A stretch of 64,000 nt of DNA from assembly GCA_025057395.1 (NCBI GenBank), contig JANWXU010000004.1, forward strand, positions 505 through 64,504, read 5' to 3'. Under the pieces are notes generated by a model, which saw nothing but the letters and a program-made list of their open reading frames with translations, had not been told where the DNA came from and did not search any database. Each line of letters begins with the position of its first letter. The stretch's first letter is position 1. Positions 38,965 through 48,700 of the stretch are shown one piece after another. The translations under genes and the position numbers were made by a program. Origin of the DNA: Bacteroidia bacterium. Lineage in GTDB: Bacteria > Bacteroidota > Bacteroidia > J057 > JANWXU01.

Positions 38965-40188
38965 TTAGCTTACTTTTAGTGCTGTAGCAGGCTGAATTTT
39001 AGTAATATAAATAGTAGGTATAAACATAGCTAATGTAGAAGAAGTGATTACTATTAAATTGGCTTTTAAGAATTCAAATAAGGGCCAATCTACGGGTACG
39101 GTTTTTACAAAATAAGCATCTGGGTCCATTGTAATGAACTGAAATTTTTGTTGGATGGATAATAGTAAGGTTGCAACCAGATTTCCTCCCAAGACACTTA
39201 GGGAAATAATTATAAAGGCTTGGAAAAGGAAAAGTTTTTGAATGAAGAAGTTAGAAGCACCTAGGGCTTTGAGTAATCCAATAAAAGAAATTTTTTCAAT
39301 GATTAAAATGATCATAGCACTCGCCATATTAATTATGGCTACAATAATCATAAATACCAAAATGAAGAAAACATGCTGGTGCTGCAAAGAAAGCCATTGA
39401 AAGATATCTTGGTAAAGTTCATCGGCAGCATAGGCTTTACACGAGGTTCCTAACTGGGCATTTATTTGAGCAGCAAAGTTTATTCTTTCTTGGCTAGAAT
39501 TAGGCTTTTTGAGCTGAATTTCGATACCCTGATACTGATGAGGCTGCCAACCTAGAAGCTTTTGTAGCATTTGAATATCACAAAATACCATCCTTTGGTC
39601 AAATTCCAGCAGGCCCGTTTCATAAATTCCGCAAATATTCACTACTCGTACTCGTACCTTCTCGCGCTCCCAAAAATATAGCCTTACTTTATCTCCTACG
39701 TCTAATACTAGCTTATCTGCTATTTTACTAGAGACGAGGATTTCGTTACTTACCTTTCCTGCTACCCATCGAATTAGCCTTCCTTTTTTAAGGCTCCGGT
39801 AAATAAAAGTGCTATCCCATTCAGAGTTAATTCCTTTTAACTCTATTCCTTCCAAAAAAGAAGAGCTTTTTAGAATAGCACTCCTTTGTAAATAAGGATA
39901 ACAAGATTGTACATTGGAATTCAATTGCATAATAGATTTGCAAAAATGGGGCGGAAGCCCCAAGGGTTGCAACGTATCTAGTGCTTCTGAAAAATAATTT
40001 GTAATTTGAACATCTGAAACAAAACCTGTAATTTTGGATTGGATTTGCTTTTCGAAGCCCGTAGTAACAGAGATAGCAATTTGAATAATCGCAGTACCTA
40101 GTACTATTGAAAAAACAGCTAATACTATAGCCAAATTGCCTAATGCCTTCCTTGGAAAAAGGAAATAAAGTGCAAATGAGCCTCGCAA
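38965..40188 (-). CDS. FtsX-like ABC permease of the LolC/LolE family
   Basis: 407 aa. TM1, a MacB-like periplasmic domain, then three C-terminal TMs with LLKALGASNFFIQKLFLFQA. TTG start at 40188, abutting the stop of the upstream gene. Confidence 0.8.
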   Translation of the reverse strand: MRGSFALYFLFPRKALGNLAIVLAVFSIVLGTAIIQIAISVTTGFEKQIQSKITGFVSDVQITNYFSEALDTLQPLGLPPHFCKSIMQLNSNVQSCYPYLQRSAILKSSSFLEGIELKGINSEWDSTFIYRSLKKGRLIRWVAGKVSNEILVSSKIADKLVLDVGDKVRLYFWEREKVRVRVVNICGIYETGLLEFDQRMVFCDIQMLQKLLGWQPHQYQGIEIQLKKPNSSQERINFAAQINAQLGTSCKAYAADELYQDIFQWLSLQHQHVFFILVFMIIVAIINMASAMIILIIEKISFIGLLKALGASNFFIQKLFLFQAFIIISLSVLGGNLVATLLLSIQQKFQFITMDPDAYFVKTVPVDWPLFEFLKANLIVITSSTLAMFIPTIYITKIQPATALKVS

Positions 40189-40199
40189 GAAAAAACAAC

Positions 40200-41759
40200 T
40201 TAGTTCGAATGTGAGCTGCTATGACGAGCCTCTGCTAAAGTTTGACCAATTTGCAGAATTGTATCTATTGTAGGATAGGCTTTTATTAAATAATGTTGGG
40301 AGTCTACCTTTGCAATACAATCTTTTGCAATTAATTGATTTATAAAATTCTTGGCATGCTTGGTTCCAAAAACATCATAAACATTTTTACCCGTGGCTTG
40401 TTTCACAACCATGCCTAAAAAACTTTTATTATAAGTTTCATCAATAATGAAGTTATTATGAAAATAATCCACAATTAACTTAGCATCGTCAATTCCTAGT
40501 AAGTTAGGTTTTTCACTTCCCTTTTGCCCGTTGGTAGTAGCAGAAAGGGCAGCTTTCGATCTCTCACTTTTTTCCCCACGCTCTATTTTCACATCAAGCT
40601 TCACTTTTTTAGTAGTGTCTTTGTCTCCCTTTTTCTCTGCTAAAGAGTTTTCAGTTTTGGTAGGTTCCTTAGATATTTCATTTTTTTCAGTAAAACCCTC
40701 TGCCTTTCTCTCCCTCATTATAGCCGATGGCTTTGCTTCAGAAACTAAAGAAGATTTTTCTCCTTTTACCCCCACCTCAGATGCACTGGAAGAAGCAACA
40801 GCCCGCGAGGCTTCCAACATTTTCTTTTCTCCCGTTACTTCCTCCACTTTGGTAGATTTTTCCCCTCCAACATTCCCTTTATTCCCTTTTAATTTTTGCC
40901 CTTCCACTTTTGAAGTCCCTCCTTCTTCTCGAGGCTTGGAAACACTTAGTTTAGAAGAAGTTGGTTCTTTATTTTCTGTAGAGCGAACCGCTGATTGTAG
41001 ATTTTCCTGTACTACTACTTCTGCTGAAGAAAAGACTTTTTTAACCTCCCTGGTTTCCTTTGCTTCATTAGACTCTTTGCGTAGAGAGCGCTCCGTCGTT
41101 CGTGCTTCTTTGTTTTCATTCTTAGCTGCAATTTCTTCTCCCCTTCTTTCTTCTTGTTTCTTGCCCCCTTTAGATTCAGCCCTGGTTAAGTCTCCTGAGC
41201 TTAGTGCATACTCCCTTACTTTTGAAGAAATAGAGGATTCCTCGGCAAACTTACTTTCTTCTTTTCGCTCTACTTTTTTTAAGGGTTTCGTCTCTGAAGA
41301 CTTCTTTTCTTTCTCCTCTACATTATGCCACCGTATATCATTACGCTGAGCTGGCTTTAGAGGGAGCAGTTCTTCGGCATTAATTAAATCTACTAAAAGT
41401 CCCTTTTCTTTTAAGAAGCGAATAGTACCTGCATAATGCGAACCTTCACCCACTAAAATAATCTTTTTGTAAATAGCATTGGTAGTAACTTCATACACTA
41501 AAGAACTTACCAAATAAAGCCGTAAGCTTTTTTCATAAGGCGGTACTATTTTTGTAACAGTAGGATAAGCAGCTAGCTCTTGATACCTTTCCGGCGCTTC
41601 TTGCCGCGTAACCACCCACACAATGGGTTTTTCAAGCTTCTTTATGAATTCATAGTTTAATTGCTTACCCCGCACACTCTCCCAGTCGAAAACAACTAAC
41701 GTTTGGTCTCTCGAAGGCTTACGCTTTGATTTACCCCAAAATAGTTCAAAAAAACCCAT
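40200..41759 (-). CDS. Hypothetical protein: weak NYN/LabA-like N-terminal fold, K/E/S-rich low-complexity region of about 270 aa, weak OST-HTH/LOTUS-like C-terminus
   Basis: 519 aa. N-terminus LVVFDWESV...IILVGEGSHYAGTIRFLKEKGLLVDLI. The central region is dominated by K, E, S, G and T. C-terminus FLGMVVKQATGKNVYDVFGTKHAKNFINQLIAKDCIAKV. The coding call is firm; the domain calls are tentative. Confidence 0.5.
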   Translation of the reverse strand: MGFFELFWGKSKRKPSRDQTLVVFDWESVRGKQLNYEFIKKLEKPIVWVVTRQEAPERYQELAAYPTVTKIVPPYEKSLRLYLVSSLVYEVTTNAIYKKIILVGEGSHYAGTIRFLKEKGLLVDLINAEELLPLKPAQRNDIRWHNVEEKEKKSSETKPLKKVERKEESKFAEESSISSKVREYALSSGDLTRAESKGGKKQEERRGEEIAAKNENKEARTTERSLRKESNEAKETREVKKVFSSAEVVVQENLQSAVRSTENKEPTSSKLSVSKPREEGGTSKVEGQKLKGNKGNVGGEKSTKVEEVTGEKKMLEASRAVASSSASEVGVKGEKSSLVSEAKPSAIMRERKAEGFTEKNEISKEPTKTENSLAEKKGDKDTTKKVKLDVKIERGEKSERSKAALSATTNGQKGSEKPNLLGIDDAKLIVDYFHNNFIIDETYNKSFLGMVVKQATGKNVYDVFGTKHAKNFINQLIAKDCIAKVDSQHYLIKAYPTIDTILQIGQTLAEARHSSSHSN

Positions 41760-41961
41760 ACACTCAATTCAAATTTAGGCGGTTTAGTTAATCATATATA
41801 AAATTGTTTTTTGAAAATTCTATTTGCCTTCTAATACACTAGTGCTTAGTTCAGTAAGTAGATATAAGTATAAAGTGTAAATATAAGTAGTGGCAATATA
41901 CAAAAAAAAGAGTTATAAGGAAAAAAGATTTAGATTAATAAATGCAAAACTTAAATATAAT

Positions 41962-44900
41962 TTAATGTATGGCAACTAAACATTCACCTATACACTGGTG
42001 ATTAATCCAAAGTTGTATTTGCGCTTGCCTAATTGAAGGAGTACTTAGCTGAATATTCATTTTATTAAAACCTTTAATAGCATTCACCTGCTTTTGAAAA
42101 AGAACAGGGCCCTGAGTATCTAGTATTTTTATCGTTACAACCTCTTCTTTTTCTAAACTAAAAAATATACTAAACGCTCCTTTAGTTTCTTCCGGAAAAA
42201 CAGAGTATTGCACAACATTTGAATAAGTGGAACTTTTAGGCGGCGTTTTGAAGTAGAATATAGGCGACCAATTGGAGCGTATACCATCTTCATGCGAGCA
42301 ATTAGTACAATTAACTTGTAGTTGAACCCCATATTCCTTCTCTGGTAATAAATCTGGAATAATAAAAGTATTCACAGGAAAAGTAATATTCACCTTTTGC
42401 CAGTTTTCTGGATCAATGGAACTAGGACCATAAGCTAAAATATAACAAGTAGCATGCTGTTGTAAAGAAGACCAGGTCACTTGCGCACGATTATAAAATA
42501 TTTTCTGTAACACCCAGCCTACTGGCAAAGGGCAAGGATTTTTACAATCAAAACCCCAAATGGAAAAAGTATCACGCCGGCTACATTCTCCTATGTAGGA
42601 CTCTATTATCCAATTACCGTTGTCAGTTTGTTCAAAATGATCGATATAAATTTGAGCACCCTCCATCCTTCTCCCGGAGGGCAAGAACCATCGATAGCGT
42701 ACGCCTTCCACCGGTACAATCGAAAAATGAACTGAATTACCCAAACATATTGGCTTAGCATAAGCTATCTCTAAAATTTTAGGTAGGGGCAATACAGTTA
42801 CATTTACTTTTTTTACTTGTGGCTCACATTCTCCAATACGTGCATAAACTTCATATTCCCCTGAATTTCCTGGATTAGCATTGAATATACGAACTGATGC
42901 CTCCGTGGAAGAGAAATTATAAGGACCACTCCAGCTATAAAGTGCTTTCTCATGGTAATGTGCATGCATTTCTATTGTGTTTCCCGGGCAAACAGGCTGC
43001 TTAGTATAAACTGTTAAAGAATCCTTGTACAAATTTAAGTTGTAGCTTATCATTACCGAACAACCTGCTTTGTTACGAATATGTAGAGTATATTTCCCGT
43101 GGTGTTGAGAAGTAACTTGGGCTATTTGCAATATAGGTCCTACAATTACTTTTTTGGAATAAGGTAGTTGCCATTGGTAGGTATATTCTGGTACTACGGG
43201 CTTAACCTGTAATTCTATACTTCCTCCTACACAAAAATCACCCTTTTCGAATATTTTAGGCTCATCAGGACGATTTATTACTTTTACTAGCTTGGTAAAT
43301 TGTCTAGTTCCAGAGGTATGAAAAATATTTAATATCCATAAGCCGTTAAAAGTAGAATCGATTAATTCTATAGTAATTTTTTTTTCTCTAGAAGTAAAAC
43401 CATTGGGCAATTGCCAAAGTACTTCAGCTTCATAAGGTACTAATTCTTGAATATTCAAATTTATCCTTTCACCATCACAAAAATTTGCTGCTTGCATTAT
43501 AAGTTCCAGCTTATGAGAATCTAGCCAATCTTTAGAAGAGGTTTCTTCAGAATGGGAAGTGGTTATAGGAGGTAACACGTTCACTTCTACAAAATGAGGG
43601 GCTATGTGAATAGAATCTAATTTAGGAACTGGCAAAAGAGTTTGCAACGGATATAGCTTAGTTGGAAAAGCAAATGATATATTCTTATTTTCTTGAGAAA
43701 CATTTTTATTCTTTTGAACATTTAGAGAGGAGTAAAAATTACTCTTAAGCCCCTCTCCTACTCTAGCGCTATGAAAATACCGACTACGTAGACTTCCCTC
43801 TAGTACACTGCTTAGTAAATTATAGTTACTACCTCCTAAAAAAGGTTTTTCCAAAATGTCTAATTGAAAAAAATCTTTAGTTTGCAAAAAAGTTTTTGCT
43901 ATAAAATTAGGATTTTCTAACACTTCAAAAGATTGAAATTGAGTGGTACAGCCGGAAGTTTTATCTATATTATAAACCCAGTACCTACCTATGTTTTCTT
44001 TTTGAATATCTGGAATAATTAATTCTTGCGCTAGTAGTACGTCTTGGTTAGGAAATTGCCAGTGGAAATACACATTAGAGGTACTAGAAGAAAAAATAGG
44101 TCTTACATAAACTGTATCTCCTAGACTAACCGATAGACTTTTTATAGATAGAATTGGCGGAGGTAAGATAGTATCCAAGTCCACTTTTTTAGGGTAACTA
44201 GTACAAGTTCTAACTTGTGCCAAACAACTTAAAGTAAACTGCTTTTTCAAAAAGATATCACTTGCAAGCGAAAATTCTTTTCCCTTAGAAACTATGCTAT
44301 CATTGATATACCAAAAATATTCAGCATGCGAAATAGCAGGGTGCACTCCTAAATAAAGAGAATCTTTGCCCCAGCATCGAATATTTTTTTGTACCCTTAC
44401 TTCTGGTATAGAAGGCTTAGAAATAATTGGGGGTTTGAAAAATACAGGCTCACTTGTGCACCCTTCTGCGTGTGCATACCCTGCTAGACTAAAACTAGCA
44501 TACTCCCCGCTTGCATTAGTACTCTCACCAAACTTCCATAAAATAGTATCAGAAAAAAAATACTTATCTCCTACTTTCCAAAAGTAGGAGTATCCGGGCT
44601 TGGGTAGCAATTTAGCACTGAAAACTCCCCCTTCGCAAAGGAAAGTATCTGCATAAATGACGGTAGGGGGCAAGGGACGCGGTAAGACTTTTATATCGAA
44701 TGTACTCACTTTAGAAGTACAATTTCCAAGCGTAGCCAATAATTGGTACTTTCCTCCCATCGATAAGCTTATATTGTACTTTACAAAATAATTGGCTCTA
44801 ATAGAAACTTCTTGATTATCTGGCGTAATTAATAGGTACTGGGCAGAGGGTATAGATTCAAAGCTAAGATTTAGGTTTTGTCCTTCGCAAAGAAAAGAAG

Positions 44901-45570
44901 GTACGTGAACTTTAATAATTTGCGGAACTGGTAAAACTTCTAATATTACTTTTGAAAGCATAGAAGTACATCCTTGCTCAATAGCATAACATTTATAGTG
45001 CCCTGTAGCATTTAATGTTATATTTTTCAATTCTAAATTAGGCGCTTTCTTTTTTACTAAATTAGGTAAAATCCAAAAGTATTGCGCCGCTTTGCGAGCT
45101 TCTTTCACTTCAAGGTTTATTGTTTCACCCTCACAAACTCTCAATTTTTCTATTACTTGCGGAGGCTGAGGCAAAGGAATAATCCTTATATAACAACTAT
45201 CTACAAAACTGCCTAAAATAGGATGACAAACCTCTAGCTTATAATAGCCTGAAATTTGCCCCGGTAGTAAATCCACTAAATAATTACTTCCAATAGGCCG
45301 CCCCTTCGGATCAAGCCAAGTATACACTACTTCGGGCAAATATGCGGTTGCCAAACGTAGTACCTGATTTTCACAAATTGGTGCATTGTGGTATATCGCA
45401 AAACGATGCGTCCATCGTTTGAACTCTATAAATTCGCTGCTATTATTTATATTTTCTTGTAATAAATTGCATGTATCGGAAGCAAAGATTAAAGCTTTAT
45501 TGCTGGCTTGCGTTTGCCCGGTAATAATACAAAACCCCCAGTATATCAAAATAGCCACTATTCTCTTCAT
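41962..45570 (-). CDS. Secreted Ig-like repeat protein with an Fn3 domain and a probable T9SS type A C-terminal sorting domain
   Basis: ATG at 45570 (MKRIVAILIYWGFCIITGQTQA, signal peptide) is preferred over the TTG at 45582. Repeated C-x-G...Y-x-W...G-x-Y...C modules. Fn3-like CPLPVGWVLQ...AQVTWSS...EYGVQLQVNC. C-terminus YSVFPEETKGAFSIFF...VTIKILDTQG. Confidence 0.8.
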   Translation of the reverse strand: MKRIVAILIYWGFCIITGQTQASNKALIFASDTCNLLQENINNSSEFIEFKRWTHRFAIYHNAPICENQVLRLATAYLPEVVYTWLDPKGRPIGSNYLVDLLPGQISGYYKLEVCHPILGSFVDSCYIRIIPLPQPPQVIEKLRVCEGETINLEVKEARKAAQYFWILPNLVKKKAPNLELKNITLNATGHYKCYAIEQGCTSMLSKVILEVLPVPQIIKVHVPSFLCEGQNLNLSFESIPSAQYLLITPDNQEVSIRANYFVKYNISLSMGGKYQLLATLGNCTSKVSTFDIKVLPRPLPPTVIYADTFLCEGGVFSAKLLPKPGYSYFWKVGDKYFFSDTILWKFGESTNASGEYASFSLAGYAHAEGCTSEPVFFKPPIISKPSIPEVRVQKNIRCWGKDSLYLGVHPAISHAEYFWYINDSIVSKGKEFSLASDIFLKKQFTLSCLAQVRTCTSYPKKVDLDTILPPPILSIKSLSVSLGDTVYVRPIFSSSTSNVYFHWQFPNQDVLLAQELIIPDIQKENIGRYWVYNIDKTSGCTTQFQSFEVLENPNFIAKTFLQTKDFFQLDILEKPFLGGSNYNLLSSVLEGSLRSRYFHSARVGEGLKSNFYSSLNVQKNKNVSQENKNISFAFPTKLYPLQTLLPVPKLDSIHIAPHFVEVNVLPPITTSHSEETSSKDWLDSHKLELIMQAANFCDGERINLNIQELVPYEAEVLWQLPNGFTSREKKITIELIDSTFNGLWILNIFHTSGTRQFTKLVKVINRPDEPKIFEKGDFCVGGSIELQVKPVVPEYTYQWQLPYSKKVIVGPILQIAQVTSQHHGKYTLHIRNKAGCSVMISYNLNLYKDSLTVYTKQPVCPGNTIEMHAHYHEKALYSWSGPYNFSSTEASVRIFNANPGNSGEYEVYARIGECEPQVKKVNVTVLPLPKILEIAYAKPICLGNSVHFSIVPVEGVRYRWFLPSGRRMEGAQIYIDHFEQTDNGNWIIESYIGECSRRDTFSIWGFDCKNPCPLPVGWVLQKIFYNRAQVTWSSLQQHATCYILAYGPSSIDPENWQKVNITFPVNTFIIPDLLPEKEYGVQLQVNCTNCSHEDGIRSNWSPIFYFKTPPKSSTYSNVVQYSVFPEETKGAFSIFFSLEKEEVVTIKILDTQGPVLFQKQVNAIKGFNKMNIQLSTPSIRQAQIQLWINHQCIGECLVAIH

Positions 45571-45637
45571 GTTTACCTTCAATTAACCTTGCATAAGTTA
45601 GATATTATTTTAGGGTAAAAAATTAACACGCACCCTA

Positions 45638-45645
45638 CAAAATTA
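45638..45645 (-). promoter_or_regulatory. Candidate -7 box (TAATTTTG) for the gene at 41962-45570
   Basis: Plus-strand caaaatta is minus-strand TAATTTTG, 68-75 nt upstream of the ATG at 45570 and directly abutting the palindrome at 45646-45672. Confidence 0.3.
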
Positions 45646-45672
45646 TTATTTGATTCACATGTGAATAAATAA
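45646..45672. promoter_or_regulatory. Near-perfect 27-bp palindrome with a perfect 14-bp core ATTCACATGTGAAT; candidate operator
   Basis: Core at 45653-45666 is its own reverse complement. Flanks TTATTT (45646-45651) and AAATAA (45667-45672) extend it, with one bulged G at 45652. Confidence 0.35.
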
Positions 45673-45680
45673 TAAACAAA

Positions 45681-45705
45681 TACCCCCCTCATAAGGAGGG
45701 GGGTA
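45681..45705 (-). terminator. Rho-independent terminator of the 3195-aa adhesin gene
   Basis: tacccccctc-ataag-gaggggggta forms a 10-bp GC-rich stem with a 5-nt loop, 33 nt past the stop. On the minus strand it is followed by tttgtttattatttatt. Confidence 0.7.
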
Positions 45706-45737
45706 GAAGTTATGAAGAAGTTAGCTTAAATTTCTTC

Positions 45738-48700
45738 TTATTCTTGGACTAGTACTTTTTCAACTATTTTTCTATCCCCTACAGCAAGGTGAAGCAAGTA
45801 AATACCAGGGGGTAAATTAGGCTCGTTAAAAGCAATAGATGTCTGTTCTGGCTCAAGTAATATTTCTGTTTCTAAAATCTTTTTACCTTCAGGATTATAA
45901 ATGTGAATAAGTGCTTTTTCTGTGTAGTCTGCATTAGTCATTATTTTTAGCATAAAGCTACCCTTATTAGGGTTAGGGTAAATAACAGCTTTAATCGGAA
46001 TTTCGCTGGTTTCTTGAACTTTAGGAACTAGATTGGTAATAAAGAACACATTAATTGAAGAAGCTGAAATATCATTAGCTAACTGTGAACAGCGCGCATA
46101 TACTCGAGCCACATACTGTACACCTGATTGTAGACTGTGAATTTCGTACTGATTTCCCAAGACTTGCTCTACTCGAATAAAATTAGGTTGATTAATTTCT
46201 CTATATTCCACAATGTAAGAGCTAGCACTAGGTACGTTTTGCCAATGAAGGATAGCTCTGTTAGCTTGAACCGAACTTACAAAAACTCCGCCAGGCGCAG
46301 GACATCTGTGATTTATCGGATTAGGCTCAATTATTACTGTTCGGCTAGGTCCAAAAGGTCCTAGTTGATTATTGCGACTACAACGTACTCGCAATCGAAC
46401 TTCATATTCTGTAGCATTTCGCTGTAAGCCATCTATAAAAACAATAATTGGCTGGGTATTATTAGGATCATAGGGCATTAAATATTCTATAGTTTGCCAA
46501 GAACTCTGTTCATTTCGAATTCTATAAGCCAATTGATAGCCAATAGCATTAACTATAGGGTTCCATTTCACTTCTATAGTACTTCCTCCTATCCATTGCA
46601 CTTGGGGCTCGGGTAATTCGGGGGCAGATACTGTAGTAAAAACAGGATGAGTATACGTGGCTACACAACCTGTACTTTTTTTACGAATATAAACTGTATA
46701 AGTACGAGGGGCTAATTGAGTAAAAATTCCGCTGGCAAACCAATTTATACCATCCAAAGAAAACTCATAATCTGGTCTTCCTAAGGCATCTTCACAAGCT
46801 TCATTTTCACCCGTACAACCTGCTATCAAAACCCCATCATTTAATCCTGCGCAGCTTACAGGAGTAGTATTAGCAATTACACCTGGTGTAGTTTTAATTT
46901 CTACAAAAATAGGTGCACTAAATACAGGTTCACAATTGCCTATTCCCACTTTTACCCTATAAAAGCCTGAACGCTTAGCAATATATTCAATGCTATTTCT
47001 TGAATCGGGAGCCTCTCTGTACTGCAAGCCAGTTTCAGAATAGAACCACTGATAGGAATTATTAGACTGAGCAATAGAAGGGTCTAATCTCAAAGCTAGA
47101 TGGCCACAGGCAACATTATTTTGAGCATTATTATTAATAGAAATTTGATTATCAGAAGGACAATTCCCTCCAGTTACAAACTCTATAAAAGGAGAATACA
47201 CAGAAAATTCATTAGCTTCCTGGCCAGGGCAGTTAACACAATTAGTACGAATCTGCAATTCATAGCGTGTATTACTAAGTAAGCGCTCTAAACGAACTGG
47301 AATAACATTTCCAAAAACTCGAATACTACTCCAAAACCCAGCATTCATTGGACGATACCTGATATCATAACAAACAGGTACTAAATTACTATTTCTAGGA
47401 ATCGTAAAGTATACTAAAGCTTCAGAAGGATTACTGGGTAGAGATTGCACATAAATATTTGAAGGTTCTAAGCAGTTGGCATTGCTTCGAGTCAGCGTAC
47501 TTATTTGTAAAGGAGGGGTAAATGCTGATTGAATATTATTCAAACAGCGGGTCAAGATACGAAATTCGTACTGCGTCTGGTGCTGCAAATCACTAATTCG
47601 TATAGAAGGAACGGGTGCACCACTAAAAGCAAATTGCCCATTAGTGATATTATTAATTTCTTTCCACTCTGAGGCTCCTACCACTCTATATTGTAAGGTA
47701 TAGATAGCTCCCGGAATAGAATTCCATGCTAAATCGATAAAATTATCAGAACGGTTGAGTAGTCTTATACTTGGCTTAGCTACTGTTAACTCTATTTGCT
47801 GCAGAATACTACATTCAGTATCTTTTACTTGCAATTGATATTTATCCGATGGCAAATTATCTAGGCGAAAAGTTTCAGAAAAATTTATCCATGGTCCATT
47901 ATTAAGTGCATAAAAGGTAGAGCCAGTAGGAGTCCTTACCTGTACTCGAATATTTCCTGTGGCAGAACCACATCCCAAGGGGTCAGTAGCCTCTAAATCA
48001 ATGTGGAATAAATTAGGTCTTAAAACAATAGAATTGGTAATAGCAAAACAGCCAGTATTTCGATTGGTTACCTTTACTGCATAGGTACCAGGTTCAGTAG
48101 CTTCGAAAGTGGAAGCATTAGTAGCGTTAGGTATAGGTGTTCCGTTGAGCAACCACTCATAATTCCAAGTACTAAACTCTGTAGCCCGAAGCTGTATTCT
48201 TTGACCTCGGCAAAGAACATTCGAACTAGGAGTCTGTAATTCAACTTCTGGTAAAGCATTTACAGTTACGGTAAAAGTTTCTGAAATTCCATTACACCCT
48301 TGAATAGAAATAGCTTGCACTGTATAATTTCCCGTTTCAAAAACTGTATAAACAGAATCAATTCCTCCCTGCACTAATACCCCATTTCGATACCAATTAT
48401 AAAAACGAATCGGTAAATTAGACCTTGCCACCAGTACTAAGCTTTGCCCTTTACACAATGTAGTAGTTACTCCTTGGCTTAAAGGTCTAATGGTGGGTGT
48501 AGGGTTGGGTAGAATATTAATGCTAGTTACATTTGAAAATTCGGTACAATTATTAAGCAAGTTAGTTACTGCTACTTGATAATTTCCTGAAGTAAGAGCA
48601 AGAAAAGTATTACTTGTAGCCCCTGGAATAGGATTATTATTCAGCCACCATTGGTATCTTATATTTTGAAAGTTACCGTTGGTAAGTGCTGTCAGCAAAA

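Noticed and set aside
39827-40198. 123-aa minus-strand ORF starting MFFLARLI, which looks superficially like a LolC/E N-terminus and hinted at a frameshift
   Set aside because: The main frame from the TTG at 40188 already gives a plausible N-terminus and first TM (SFALYFLFPRKALGNLAIVLAVFSIVLGTA). The alternative frame quickly turns into Cys/Tyr-rich nonsense. No frameshift is needed.
40531-41349. 272-aa plus-strand ORF rich in S, F and L
   Set aside because: It is the exact antisense of the K/E/S-rich low-complexity part of the gene at 40200-41759. GAA/AAG-rich codons read as TTC/CTT on the other strand, which removes stops by composition alone.
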